A DNA stretch of 64,000 nt from Barthelona sp. PCE. Lineage: Eukaryota. Position numbers and translations under genes: made by a program. Where the stretch lies: assembly GCA_040285745.1 (NCBI GenBank), contig JAUFOR010000001.1:744001-808000 (forward strand). Direction: 5' to 3'. Shown one piece after another: positions 33,601 through 41,852 of this stretch; positions within the stretch are counted from its first letter, which is position 1, and every line of letters begins with the position of its first letter. The notes beneath the pieces are model-generated. The model made no database searches and had not been told where the DNA came from. It saw nothing but the letters and a program-made list of their open reading frames with translations.

Positions 33601-34904
33601 GTGTAAAGTAAGTTAAACACACCACCCAGATAGAAGATATCATTAACACGTCCATTTTCAATTTGGAAATCAATGGTTGACTCAGAAATTGGAATAACGA
33701 GTGATGACTCAACATCGGGGTTCATGTTTTGATAACAGTCGGAACCAACAGAGAGGTAACCGTGATCACATGGGGAAGGGAAACCATTGGACATGACGAA
33801 ATTGTCAACGTCCTTCTCAATATAGTAACGCCAAATCTTTTCTTCATCGGTAGATACAACGAGAATCATAGCTGTTTCAATAGCAGGGGCGTTGGGCTCA
33901 AGAGAGTAAAAAGTGCTGGGGATATAAAGAGAGAAGAGAGTAAGAGGCATGGAAGCAATGTTAGGACTGTGGGTAGACTTGAGGAGGAAGTCGTTATCAA
34001 CGTACTCATAATCCTCAATGGCAAAACCAGTATCAGTATCACGAACAATAATAATAGATTCTAGATTGATTGCATTGATATCTAAAACTCGTTCCAAAAT
34101 CTTCATTTCGTACAAGACACGCTGCTCAGTATGTTCAATGACATAGAGCTTATTGTCTGTTGTCCACATAATGTTCCTTTGGGATACATCATATGTATAA
34201 GGCATAGGAATGATTTCCTTGATTGCAAGTGTGCGGGTATCCTTGGTTTGGTCACCGGTGCTCTTAACGATTGTAATATGGCTAGTACCATCGTAAATAC
34301 GGAAGGTGTTAAACACGGAACCGGAAACACGACAATCCTCGGTTAGAGTGAATGATGCATCGACGGTGACGGTATAAGTAGCCTTCATAATCTTGCTACC
34401 AATATCATAGACGATAAGTACAGGATTATTAGACTCATCAAGACCAATAACAACAAAGGCACGCTGGCTGACAACAGAAGCATCGTAGATACGGTTCATA
34501 GGGAGTGTCTGCAACTTGAAGTCGACAGTGTTGTGGTAGTAATAACCACAAGTAGCACCATCAACAATAACAATTGGGAAAGGAGATTCCAAGCCCTTAA
34601 GGTGCTTCGATCTAAATGTATTATCAGATGGTTTGCCTGGTTGTCCAGAAACAACAAAGACTGGGAACTCAGTTGTTGTTGTTTCCCAATGAGTGAATAC
34701 AATCTGAGAAGAGAAAGTGTAATCAACGGATGGGTTGATTGATGCGGATGCGTTTGTAACAGCGGCCATAAAGTCGTCCTCAAAAGTTAGTTTTGAGCTT
34801 CCTGTGCCAACGTAATGAATTGTTGATGCATGCACTGTACAAAGCATTAAAATGAAACATGTAAAACATGTAAAATAGTTCAAAGATGACTTTAACATCA
34901 TCAT
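27666..34904 (-). CDS. Giant type I surface protein (2412 aa): signal peptide, GCC2_GCC3 Cys-rich repeats, LamG-like segment, AMOP- and VWD-like region, TM helix
   Basis: Many CxxCPxGxY repeats; YQCCY (AMOP-like); GWSDPQI at the GDPH position; FREACVDDVLLTGD; C-terminal TM IVMVAVIALVVAALLAVVGM. Confidence 0.85.
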   Translation of the reverse strand: MMMLKSSLNYFTCFTCFILMLCTVHASTIHYVGTGSSKLTFEDDFMAAVTNASASINPSVDYTFSSQIVFTHWETTTTEFPVFVVSGQPGKPSDNTFRSKHLKGLESPFPIVIVDGATCGYYYHNTVDFKLQTLPMNRIYDASVVSQRAFVVIGLDESNNPVLIVYDIGSKIMKATYTVTVDASFTLTEDCRVSGSVFNTFRIYDGTSHITIVKSTGDQTKDTRTLAIKEIIPMPYTYDVSQRNIMWTTDNKLYVIEHTEQRVLYEMKILERVLDINAINLESIIIVRDTDTGFAIEDYEYVDNDFLLKSTHSPNIASMPLTLFSLYIPSTFYSLEPNAPAIETAMILVVSTDEEKIWRYYIEKDVDNFVMSNGFPSPCDHGYLSVGSDCYQNMNPDVESSLVIPISESTIDFQIENGRVNDIFYLGGVFNLLYTDGDIYADKVSAFTPQLKMSIGDFSDISDVAGVSFGSGDFVKVYERYDGYAYVMSLGGLISNSFTARLNNMGVSLMRTLADKAITGYLWKDHAVYLTATKVYEVNFTTSTLNEYSHSLDLAANPIINIEGIHDGLFVMQRGIEIFTYAYKGGEAGTANSVHDLPIESCLFHPFQLSTDEVRVFVTCDEVDKVYVGIGGEFGISYQFEETEIPFTKFNFFEHPNDIKIRCATEKYCLMAAHNMLLHISVQDTSITVNFNAVETADAIGIVEIFDLGMEVMTFNFPDGKVARKKIFMGLKCGEDEIPKADYTCEACPVDSHASAGSFTCESCDAAKFEVYMAESHYCRTSIPGEYFNTTTNEILACPVFHECPTNNMTTPIICDSNIHFARGDGHAACVTSCPPGEYYDEERVCTPCPKGNYSTTYSASVCQPAPEGYYVPTEGSTTFEICEAGYFSEEGAFECTWCNPGSFSANEGSGSCSFCPVHHFSSSPASTECTECADDKAADTGALTCKTCASDEKLLPDKSDCVGECPGSLYGYPNGSCIEGCNMYVIPETKSCVEQCPTLMITNETDKTCRLSRTEDGFYWDEETGNTECPPGSYCSMEEKHDCDADLYSVAGSTYASDCRSCGAKHMKKDRSGCITRCAEEGRVLQSGECHDTCPDGSYLSDASLNDNENVCYGCPAGSACKNNTMTSCFEVNTRKYSNSSASECAICPSDMFLKPGHRGCVAECHTSEIPYLQRCVRSCNSLAHYSLFYKPDVTTPNTGSCKVCPAGHRCTPVQEIRCLTGYWSAVGDSTCHHCSGAVSINQDRCIVSDKIITPAVTTPAGNTRSAPYTTVKFNETVTDGITMMIKFSHGLSSRTGHGRLGIASIYKGSRIWFGVSITRFGRGLEVYFNNKALHYPFSIPFSGNARIIELGLTYNFTSNELFMYLDGSVKKLIHSFTPRNIPADTYNMIMFHSFLRLSFRPYPDFNMYNGRVYKFAVGQAYSMKEVGMFFNGEASLLGAPAWQLLLTLGGAYDEISGTGISLPSGFAVKNQAVRMNKLSIHPDTSSGGIVKILSDPNIAYFLVDGFDLDLILRNTEDASEVYEFPVFLNDDVEPVVDIDPTLKSGTYEAMVMTDTQLLKASSTFTKTGISAFPVSGNRLVIEFDEDGEITNMEAQLSELFKDLTDLFFAKTSNLTIDLSHDPQTVDIDALLENTDLTTWDCPNSDVPLNVYIAFNGSSEYIGHTCVHKSMIFGAIERAQDIIQLIKAISSEIVDDLPGTKQICEADCEFWFSGECQLVCRQVRVPVAPTLFKDRCVAWLDGVEYVPEIPTNGNNDDDDDDIPSYMQGKDEEWLWWKCYTKKQKKWCLPEWLEDHEADDPEGEEPIDEPEIEPEDPTDPEPTWTDDLICPKTLACVDNDEYARIETSQASISAGVICVRPLEQDVNATYQCCYESESGDFKKTVPAYNTMLYSMTFKHPEESLDHFFDCCVFSNDIELCERYMTKRPNPKKSATCDVSTCTNPEECPDGVLKPIGGWSDPQIQFLGGNRTKSNGLINSVGDFSLVKNSVFEIQSRHVQYGSGSIFGGFAVKAEASDVSFEISQYTEEEEEDYVEEEEPEFIYIDDEAGVYLTRANISAYPDIEADYNAMQEEVNAFSGEDPSDAIDSSASAELKHCKFLTITDSNGNDVNPCVKSLEMHNATIYTNEAGVCFRFAGSSVCFANPIKSSNITVPLSYSLLLEPALISSTIGVVNPPRELETQRELWTWSMGYNVSVDVGDSIFTSTYPLNTTAPMFTDEVTFAVEEVAAAEDACGELQGMFREACVDDVLLTGDIVFVETTQIAKVVEEEQVAIIETRVVSVSCDPGEKLVDNTCIDCARGYYGDGTSCSVCPENHISTIVGAASCRSCPEGSSSNSMHTACVEGESFPIVMVAVIALVVAALLAVVGMRFLRSKTKPMNKMTISVQPSQMSFIPPQSLELQDMVANPSIEM

Positions 34905-35168
34905 AAACTGCTAAAAAAAGCGTAAAAAAGCGAAAAAAGGTATAAAACGTTTAAACAGTTTTTAATCGTCCCACACTAATCGAAACAGCTTCAACTGCAA
35001 CGCTTGCTAATTGGATCTCCATGTAAGGGTCAAACGTTTGAATATGTTACGCTGAAATGAATTATGTAGTATTTTGTTTGTACTTTGTTTGATGCTTTCT
35101 TAAAATTACCATCATGCACAATATAGAGTTAAAGGCTGCTTTAACTAAAACAAATTCTATATTATTTA

Positions 35169-36476
35169 CTAGTTAATGTTAACAATAAGAGGTTGCTCTT
35201 CTTCCTTTTTCTTTGCTTTCTCAGCCTCATCCTCTTCATAATACAAACCTGGGATACGGATATGACCCTTAAAGACGAATGAAGCAGTAATCATAAGAAC
35301 AAAACCAATAACACGAATGTACGTATACTTAGTAAGCTTTTCACCGAATTGAGGGTATACAAAGTACAAGGCAGCGCTGAAAACGAACACAGTAACACAT
35401 CTGAGATTCTCAATGATTGTACGAACGGAAGTTGAAGCAATTTTCGAAATATTTTGTCCTGCGCTGTTATAAAATGCAATAATAATAAGGTTAGCAACCA
35501 ATAAAACAACAAGGGGTAAACTGTTCTTGATCATCTTAATTGTAACAAGACTGTTTTCAACTTTACCGTAATTTCCACCAGGAATAAACTGTAAAATGGG
35601 AAGAACAATAAAGATGCTCAGAATTGCACCATATATACCTTCAAATGCGACAATCTGTGAAGTGGGAACATCAAATTGCTCAATACAACGCTGAACCAAG
35701 GATTCTTCAAGTTGGATACCCTCTTCTTCACACTTATTCCTAAACAATGTAGAATACTCTTTCTCCATCTCGTTCAAGACTTTCTGCTCTGATGAGAATT
35801 GACAGCTCCACATGAAAGCAGCAAAGGCCACAGCAGTAGTACCAATAAAACTTGATGTCATAGACGGTTGCTCAATAGCAAGGTTCAAGAAAATAAATAA
35901 AAGACCCATGATTGCCATAGCGATAGCAATTGCAGTGTGACGAAAGATCTTAATTCCGTAAAATAAAGAATTGAGAGTTGTTGTTGCGATGATCTGAAGT
36001 GAACCCGCAAGTAATTGATAGATTGAAGCATCAATGAGCGCAAGACCGAAGCTCGAAACGGCTGATGCAATGAGATCGAACAGAGATGGAAGCCAAATGA
36101 ATTTAATAGATGATCTGTTAAACTTACGTTCCAAATCTCCCAAAATCGTTGGTTGTTGTGTTCCAGACAGTAATGGTTGTTCCTCGTCACTGGACCCCTT
36201 GGTTGAGACCTTCTTCTTTGCAACCTTCTTGTGTTTTTTGTTGATCTCATTTTCCAGATCTTTAATAATTTTTAACTTTGCGCGGCGGTCGCCTCTGTAT
36301 GACGGATAAAGCATCGACATACCAATGAACATTACAAGGGTTGTGAACCAAGGTTGCTGGAATACATAAGTGGTTCTTTCTACAACTACTGTGAAAGAAA
36401 GAATCACCTTTAGTGATTCGGTTGATAGGAGCCCCCAAAAGAGCATGACTAGTGAAGCCCGCAATAATGATGCCAT
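35169..36476 (-). CDS. SLC35F6-like (DMT superfamily) transporter
   Basis: FQQPWFTTLVMFIGMS, LPSLFDLIAS, VAFEGIYG, RTIIENLR; about 10 TM helices; two EEQPL(L/I) dileucine motifs. First ATG at 36476. Confidence 0.85.
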   Translation of the reverse strand: MASLLRASLVMLFWGLLSTESLKVILSFTVVVERTTYVFQQPWFTTLVMFIGMSMLYPSYRGDRRAKLKIIKDLENEINKKHKKVAKKKVSTKGSSDEEQPLLSGTQQPTILGDLERKFNRSSIKFIWLPSLFDLIASAVSSFGLALIDASIYQLLAGSLQIIATTTLNSLFYGIKIFRHTAIAIAMAIMGLLFIFLNLAIEQPSMTSSFIGTTAVAFAAFMWSCQFSSEQKVLNEMEKEYSTLFRNKCEEEGIQLEESLVQRCIEQFDVPTSQIVAFEGIYGAILSIFIVLPILQFIPGGNYGKVENSLVTIKMIKNSLPLVVLLVANLIIIAFYNSAGQNISKIASTSVRTIIENLRCVTVFVFSAALYFVYPQFGEKLTKYTYIRVIGFVLMITASFVFKGHIRIPGLYYEEDEAEKAKKKEEEQPLIVNIN

Positions 36477-36676
36477 TGTGTGGTGTGTTAAATGAAACAA
36501 AAATACGGAAACATGTTAGAAGTATGCATATTCATGATCTTACGTTTCTTAACTCGCTTGAACATCCACATAACAGTTAAAAATGGGCATAAGAACAATT
36601 AATTTCTCTGAGCTGAAGATATTATGATATACAACTCTATAAACGTGTATTTGGTTGGAATATGAAATTTACTGGT

Positions 36677-37178
36677 CTAAGATACGTTGGCAGAGCTTCT
36701 TTTACAGTACTTAAGAATATTTTGTAAAGTTTCAAGAACTGAAAATTCTTTCTCACCCTTTTCTCGCTTCTTTTTAGGGCTTTTATCCGATACTAAGGGC
36801 TTTTTTTTGCAGTTTATGCCACGTAAAAAATCTATATTATCATCAAGAGATGCCTCGATCTTCCGAAAAAACACGGCCGTAGCCCAATTGCGAAGTCGTA
36901 TGGCACCAATGCTGTTGAACACCGACGACTGCAACATTACATGAATAAACAAAAAACAGCATGCCTGCTTCTTACTGTTTAACAGCACGGGTCTGCCCAG
37001 CGACGTTCCCGTCCTTCGTTCTGAGCATGACCTTGTGTTTGGGCACAATGAGCTTGGGCTTGTGGACTAAAGCCTTGGTCTTACGAATGGGTACTCGCGG
37101 GACTCGCGGCTTAACTGAGCTACCAATAATAATGGCCTTTTTGCTGCTGGCAGTGATTTTAATCGTTGACTTAACCAT
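36677..37178 (-). CDS. Ambiguous small coding locus: a 68-aa basic ORF (37178-36972) plus an 86-aa ORF (36937-36677), or one spliced gene
   Basis: Two tandem ORFs. AGTAAAT lies just after the 36677 stop. A GTAAGA...TTGCAG 47-nt segment (36975-36929) overlaps the first stop. Confidence 0.45.
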
Positions 37179-37347
37179 CAAAGAAAGAGTAAAAAACGGA
37201 ACAATGTGTGAGCTCTCGGGTTACCTAACCGACGATAGCATCACTTGACATCATATTTAAGTTCATTGACCATACCTTGTACCAATACAAGATCTTTTCA
37301 GTAGTTTCATTAACTGCATCATGGTTAAACTTTTAATACTCTTTTCA

Positions 37348-40300
37348 ATGTCAGAAGAACCTATTATTCAAGCTCCCCAGAGCGAGGAACCAATCGCCCA
37401 GGCACCCCAGCCTCAGAGCGAGGAAGCAAAAACTGAAGTACACACTGAAGAAAGCCAGCCTAAAGCTGAAGCAACTCCTGCCGAAGCCACTGGAGTCGCT
37501 GCTACCATAGAAGCCACTCCCACAGAAGCTACAGAAACTACTGAGGAACCCAAGAAAAAGAAGAAGAAGAAGAAGTCCAAGAAGAAGCGTGACTTTGACA
37601 AGAACGCTAATAAGAAGAAGAACTCTTCCCAGATTCAAAATAAGAAGCAAGCTACCAAGCGTCTTCAGGTAAGTTATGAAATTATCGAATATACGGGTAA
37701 TGTGGAGAAAGGTGCCAAGAAGGACCTCTCAGTACCACGCCCAGCTTCATATTCACCTCGCTTCGTCGAAGCGTGTTGGGCTGACTGGTGGGAACAATCT
37801 GGTTTTTATAAAGCTGACAATTCAACTGAAAAACCAAGCTTAGTAACCTGTATTCCACCGCCAAATGTCACAGGGTACCTCCATTTGGGCCATGCACTGA
37901 CGAACACTATCGAAGATGCGCTTGTTAGGTTCTACAGAATGAGAGGTTTTGAAACACTTTGGATTCCTGGAACTGATCACGCAGGTATTGCTACACAGAC
38001 AGCTGTTGAGAAGAAACTGGCCCTTGAGGGCACCAACAGGCACGAGATCGGCCGTGAGAACTTTATTGAAAAGGCATGGGAATGGACACGGGAACATGGT
38101 GGTCAAATTTGCAATCAATTACGAATGCTTGGAGCTTCGCTAGACTGGGATCGTGAGGTCTTTACAATGGACGAGGAGCGCTCCGAAGCTGTCAAAGAAG
38201 CATTTGTTAGAATGTTTGAAAAGAAGAAAGTTTATCGTGACAATAGAATGATCAAGTGGGATTGTACTCTACAGACTGCTATTTCTGATATTGAAATTGA
38301 CAAGATTGACATCGAAGATCCAATCTGGTTACACGTTCCTGGTCATCCTTCTGATCAGAAGTACGAATTTGGTATTATCGAATCTTTTGCCTACCCCGTT
38401 GTTGGTTCCGATGAGAAGCTTATCGTCGCCACCACACGTCTTGAGACCATGCTTGCTGATTCAGCCGTCGCAATTCACCCCGAGGATGATCGATATAAGC
38501 ATCTCCACGGAAAGTTCCTCCAGCACCCCTTCCATTCTGAGCTTCAGATTCCAATTATCCTCGATGATGAGCTTGTTGATCCCGAATTCGGTACTGGTTG
38601 TGTCAAGGTCACTCCATTCCACGATGAGAATGATTTCCAGTGTGGTATTCGCCATAACCTACCTCTTCGCTGCATGCTCACCCCTGACGGTAAGATCAAC
38701 GAAGAATGGGGAGGCGAGTTCGCAGGCATGCCTCGTTTCGAAGCACGCCGTGCTATGCGTACCGCCCTTGAAGCCAAGGGTCTTTATTTCGGCAAGGAAA
38801 AGAACGCAATGCAACTGGGACTCTGTTACCGCTCCAAGGATATCCTTGAGCCCCAACCCGCCCCTCAGTGGTTTGTTGACTGTAAGGATGCCGCCAAGCG
38901 TTCAGTTGATGCTGTTCGTAATGGAGAGCTTCGCATCACCCCCAAGCTCCACGAAAACACATGGTTCCGCTGGCTTGAAAACATCAAAGACTGGTGCATT
39001 TCGCGCCAACTGTGGTGGGGTCACCGTATCCCCGCATACTATATCCATACCACTGATGCAAGTGGAAACATCATTGGTGAAGACGTCCCAGGCACACATA
39101 CTGAAGATGGAGACCGCTGGGTCGTTGCCCGCACTGAGGAGGAAGCCTTGGAGAAGGCCAAGGAGCGCTTTGGCGAGAACATCAAGATGTTGCAGGATAA
39201 CGATGTCCTTGACACCTGGTTCTCTTCGGGTCTGTTCCCGCTCTCGAGCCTTGGTTGGCCCAATAAGACCAAGGATTTAGAGAAATTCTTCCCCACGTCT
39301 ATTCTTGAAACTGGACACGATATCATTTTCTTCTGGGTTGCACGTATGGTTATGATGTCACTTGACTTAACTGATATGCTACCCTTCACCGATATCTATC
39401 TTCACTCTATGGTCCGTGATGCGCACGGCAGGAAGATGTCCAAGAGTCTTGGTAACGTCGTTGACCCCATCGATTGCATCTTTGGTGTAACACTCGATGA
39501 ACTACAGGCTAAGATCGCAAAGAACACTAACCTTGATCCTCGTGAAATTGTTACAGCCCAAGAAGGTCAGGCAGCTGACTTCCCTTGTGGTATCCCCGAG
39601 TGTGGTACCGATGGTCTTCGTCTTGGTCTTAACATTGGTGCTCCTCGTGAACGTGATGTTGCCATGGATGTCAATAAGGTTGTTATATACCGTAACTTCT
39701 GCAACAAGATGTGGAACGCCGTCGGTATGTGCTTCATGTATCTCACCGAGTTAGACTTTGACCTTGGCGGTTTCAAGATCCCTGATTATTCAGAGCTCGA
39801 CTTCATTTATCAGTGGGCATACACTGCCTTCAACACTGCTCTCAAGACAGTCGACCAGTCCCTTCGTGACTACCGTATGTCAGATGCCGGAGTTGCTTTA
39901 ACCAACTTCTTCACCAACGAGTTCTGTGCTATCTTCCTTGAGAACATCAAGCCCGCACTCAAGGGCGAAGGTGAGCGTAAACAGCTTGCCTGCGCAATCC
40001 TCTTTGATCTTACCGAGAAGTTCTTGCGAATGGCACATCCCTTCATTCCCTTTATTACTGAAGAACTGTGGCAGCGCCTGCATCTAGAGATCGGTATCGC
40101 TCTCCCCATTGAGACAATTATGTTGGCCGACTATCCAGAGGTAACAGAAGCTCATATTGTCCCTGAGCACATGGATACAATGAACTACATTCTCAAACTG
40201 ACAACTGCTGTTCGTAGCATGCGTCAAGCCAATAAGATCAAGACCCAGCAACCCCTCAAGGGCTGCATCGTCTCTACTGATGATATCTGGGCTGATAAGC

Positions 40301-40677
40301 AAACTATTATCTTGTCTCTTCTTGCTGAAATCGCATATTTTGAAGAGGTATCATACACAGAAGAACCCATTGAAGGTTACACTGCTGCCTCCGTTTCATC
40401 TTCATGTCACATGTACATCGATATTCGCGATTACATAGACTACGATGCTGAGATTGCAAAGAACAAGAAGAACCTTGCTAAAAAGCTGAAGTTCCAGGAG
40501 TCTTTGGCTAAGAAGAGTACAAATGAACGTTTTCTTCAGAATTCCCCTGCTCAGGTTATTGAGAAGCACTTTGCCAAGGTTGCTGTTTGCGAGAACGATA
40601 TTGAGATGATGAATAACATTATTGCTGAGCTTGAGGCTGCAAAGGCCGCTGCCCTTCAGAACAAACAAGAAGAATAA
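37348..40677 (+). CDS. VARS: Valyl-tRNA synthetase (eukaryotic type)
   Basis: PPPNVTGYLHLGHAL (HIGH), DHAGIATQ, DWCISRQLWWGHRIP, DVLDTWFSS, KMSKS. An alternative in-frame ATG lies at 37321. Confidence 0.98.
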   Translation: MSEEPIIQAPQSEEPIAQAPQPQSEEAKTEVHTEESQPKAEATPAEATGVAATIEATPTEATETTEEPKKKKKKKKSKKKRDFDKNANKKKNSSQIQNKKQATKRLQVSYEIIEYTGNVEKGAKKDLSVPRPASYSPRFVEACWADWWEQSGFYKADNSTEKPSLVTCIPPPNVTGYLHLGHALTNTIEDALVRFYRMRGFETLWIPGTDHAGIATQTAVEKKLALEGTNRHEIGRENFIEKAWEWTREHGGQICNQLRMLGASLDWDREVFTMDEERSEAVKEAFVRMFEKKKVYRDNRMIKWDCTLQTAISDIEIDKIDIEDPIWLHVPGHPSDQKYEFGIIESFAYPVVGSDEKLIVATTRLETMLADSAVAIHPEDDRYKHLHGKFLQHPFHSELQIPIILDDELVDPEFGTGCVKVTPFHDENDFQCGIRHNLPLRCMLTPDGKINEEWGGEFAGMPRFEARRAMRTALEAKGLYFGKEKNAMQLGLCYRSKDILEPQPAPQWFVDCKDAAKRSVDAVRNGELRITPKLHENTWFRWLENIKDWCISRQLWWGHRIPAYYIHTTDASGNIIGEDVPGTHTEDGDRWVVARTEEEALEKAKERFGENIKMLQDNDVLDTWFSSGLFPLSSLGWPNKTKDLEKFFPTSILETGHDIIFFWVARMVMMSLDLTDMLPFTDIYLHSMVRDAHGRKMSKSLGNVVDPIDCIFGVTLDELQAKIAKNTNLDPREIVTAQEGQAADFPCGIPECGTDGLRLGLNIGAPRERDVAMDVNKVVIYRNFCNKMWNAVGMCFMYLTELDFDLGGFKIPDYSELDFIYQWAYTAFNTALKTVDQSLRDYRMSDAGVALTNFFTNEFCAIFLENIKPALKGEGERKQLACAILFDLTEKFLRMAHPFIPFITEELWQRLHLEIGIALPIETIMLADYPEVTEAHIVPEHMDTMNYILKLTTAVRSMRQANKIKTQQPLKGCIVSTDDIWADKQTIILSLLAEIAYFEEVSYTEEPIEGYTAASVSSSCHMYIDIRDYIDYDAEIAKNKKNLAKKLKFQESLAKKSTNERFLQNSPAQVIEKHFAKVAVCENDIEMMNNIIAELEAAKAAALQNKQEE

Positions 40678-40710
40678 ATTCTTTATTTATACTATGTTTT
40701 AATATTGTTG

Positions 40711-41814
40711 CTATTGTTCGCTTTTTCGTCTTGCTATTCTTCCAGCTTCCAGGCTCTCACGTACCTGTTCTATAATCAAATCTCTCTTTTCTCTCAGGAA
40801 TGTGAAACCCTTGCTTGTTAATGAATACACCTCAACCGAATTTCTCCCCCGTTGCCTAGCCGATCTATTCCTCTTATCGACACCAGTGTTGGTGTTTTTA
40901 TATGTTTTTGAAGCCAGATTTAGGTCCAACAAATTATCTAACCATTTCTTTAATATAATTCGATTAAGAGCAAAATGAAAATGAACACCTTTAAGTAAAA
41001 GGATGTTCTCTACAGTGAAGGTTTGGTTTTCAGCCAAATTCAATTGGTCAATCAAATATAGTAATTGATAATGTGAAAGTACCATATCATCTTCAGCCTT
41101 ATTACCCTTAATATAGCTAAAAAACTTACCCACGTCAAAATTACATCCGAATTTCAGCACGTAGTCCTTCAAAACTAAGAACATTCGTCTGCAATCCCCC
41201 ATTGGAGCAGCTTCACTGAGTAAAAGTTTCATGAAAGGTCCGATCGCTCTGCTTAAAGTAGGAGATATGACTCCCAGTATAGACTGTAACTCACTGGATG
41301 TGTATGCTCTGAATGGTACTACGTTCCATTTTTCTTTACGAAAAGCTAGATCATTACACAAACCTAATACAAAACAGTTTTCAAACACTGCCACTTGTTC
41401 TAAGAATACGCATGAGGAGCCCTTCAACGTGTCAACTTCATCTACAACAATTAAAACTCTATGGAGTTTTCGTAGCATGTCAAAAATATCTACATCGTTA
41501 TCATCAAAGCCCATTCGTTCACAAATTACGTTTCTGATAGGTGTGTTGTGGTGAGTCGCTCCCATAAGGTCAACAATAACTAAATCTTCGATATGGTAAG
41601 GACTATCCTTTTTTGTCACTGCAGAAAGTAAACAGTTCTTAGTAAGCGTCTTTCCTGTACCCGGGACCCCGGTTAACACCATGGGAGTTGGCGAAAACTC
41701 AATTAATGAATTATAAACAGTTTGAAAATGTTGTTCACGACATGGTGGTGGAATTGGCGGTGAACTCGTAAGTTCTGCAATAATTAAATCAGCATCCGTT
41801 CCGTTTCCACTCAT
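40711..41814 (-). CDS. Divergent Cdc6/Orc1-family AAA+ ATPase, 367 aa
   Basis: CRE, Walker A GVPGTGKT, Walker B LIVVDEVD, sensor GLCN, FRAYTSSELQSIL, GDCRR. Confidence 0.85.
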   Translation of the reverse strand: MSGNGTDADLIIAELTSSPPIPPPCREQHFQTVYNSLIEFSPTPMVLTGVPGTGKTLTKNCLLSAVTKKDSPYHIEDLVIVDLMGATHHNTPIRNVICERMGFDDNDVDIFDMLRKLHRVLIVVDEVDTLKGSSCVFLEQVAVFENCFVLGLCNDLAFRKEKWNVVPFRAYTSSELQSILGVISPTLSRAIGPFMKLLLSEAAPMGDCRRMFLVLKDYVLKFGCNFDVGKFFSYIKGNKAEDDMVLSHYQLLYLIDQLNLAENQTFTVENILLLKGVHFHFALNRIILKKWLDNLLDLNLASKTYKNTNTGVDKRNRSARQRGRNSVEVYSLTSKGFTFLREKRDLIIEQVRESLEAGRIARRKSEQ

Positions 41815-41852
41815 AAATGTTCTTGAAAAAGGATCAAAATCAATTTACAATC

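Noticed and set aside
37669-37680. CAG|GTAAGT donor-like site in ValRS
   Set aside because: The reading frame is continuous and no matching branch/acceptor follows.
38291-39280. 329-aa alternative-frame ORF inside ValRS
   Set aside because: Ser/Leu-rich shadow produced by codon bias in a highly expressed gene; no motif.
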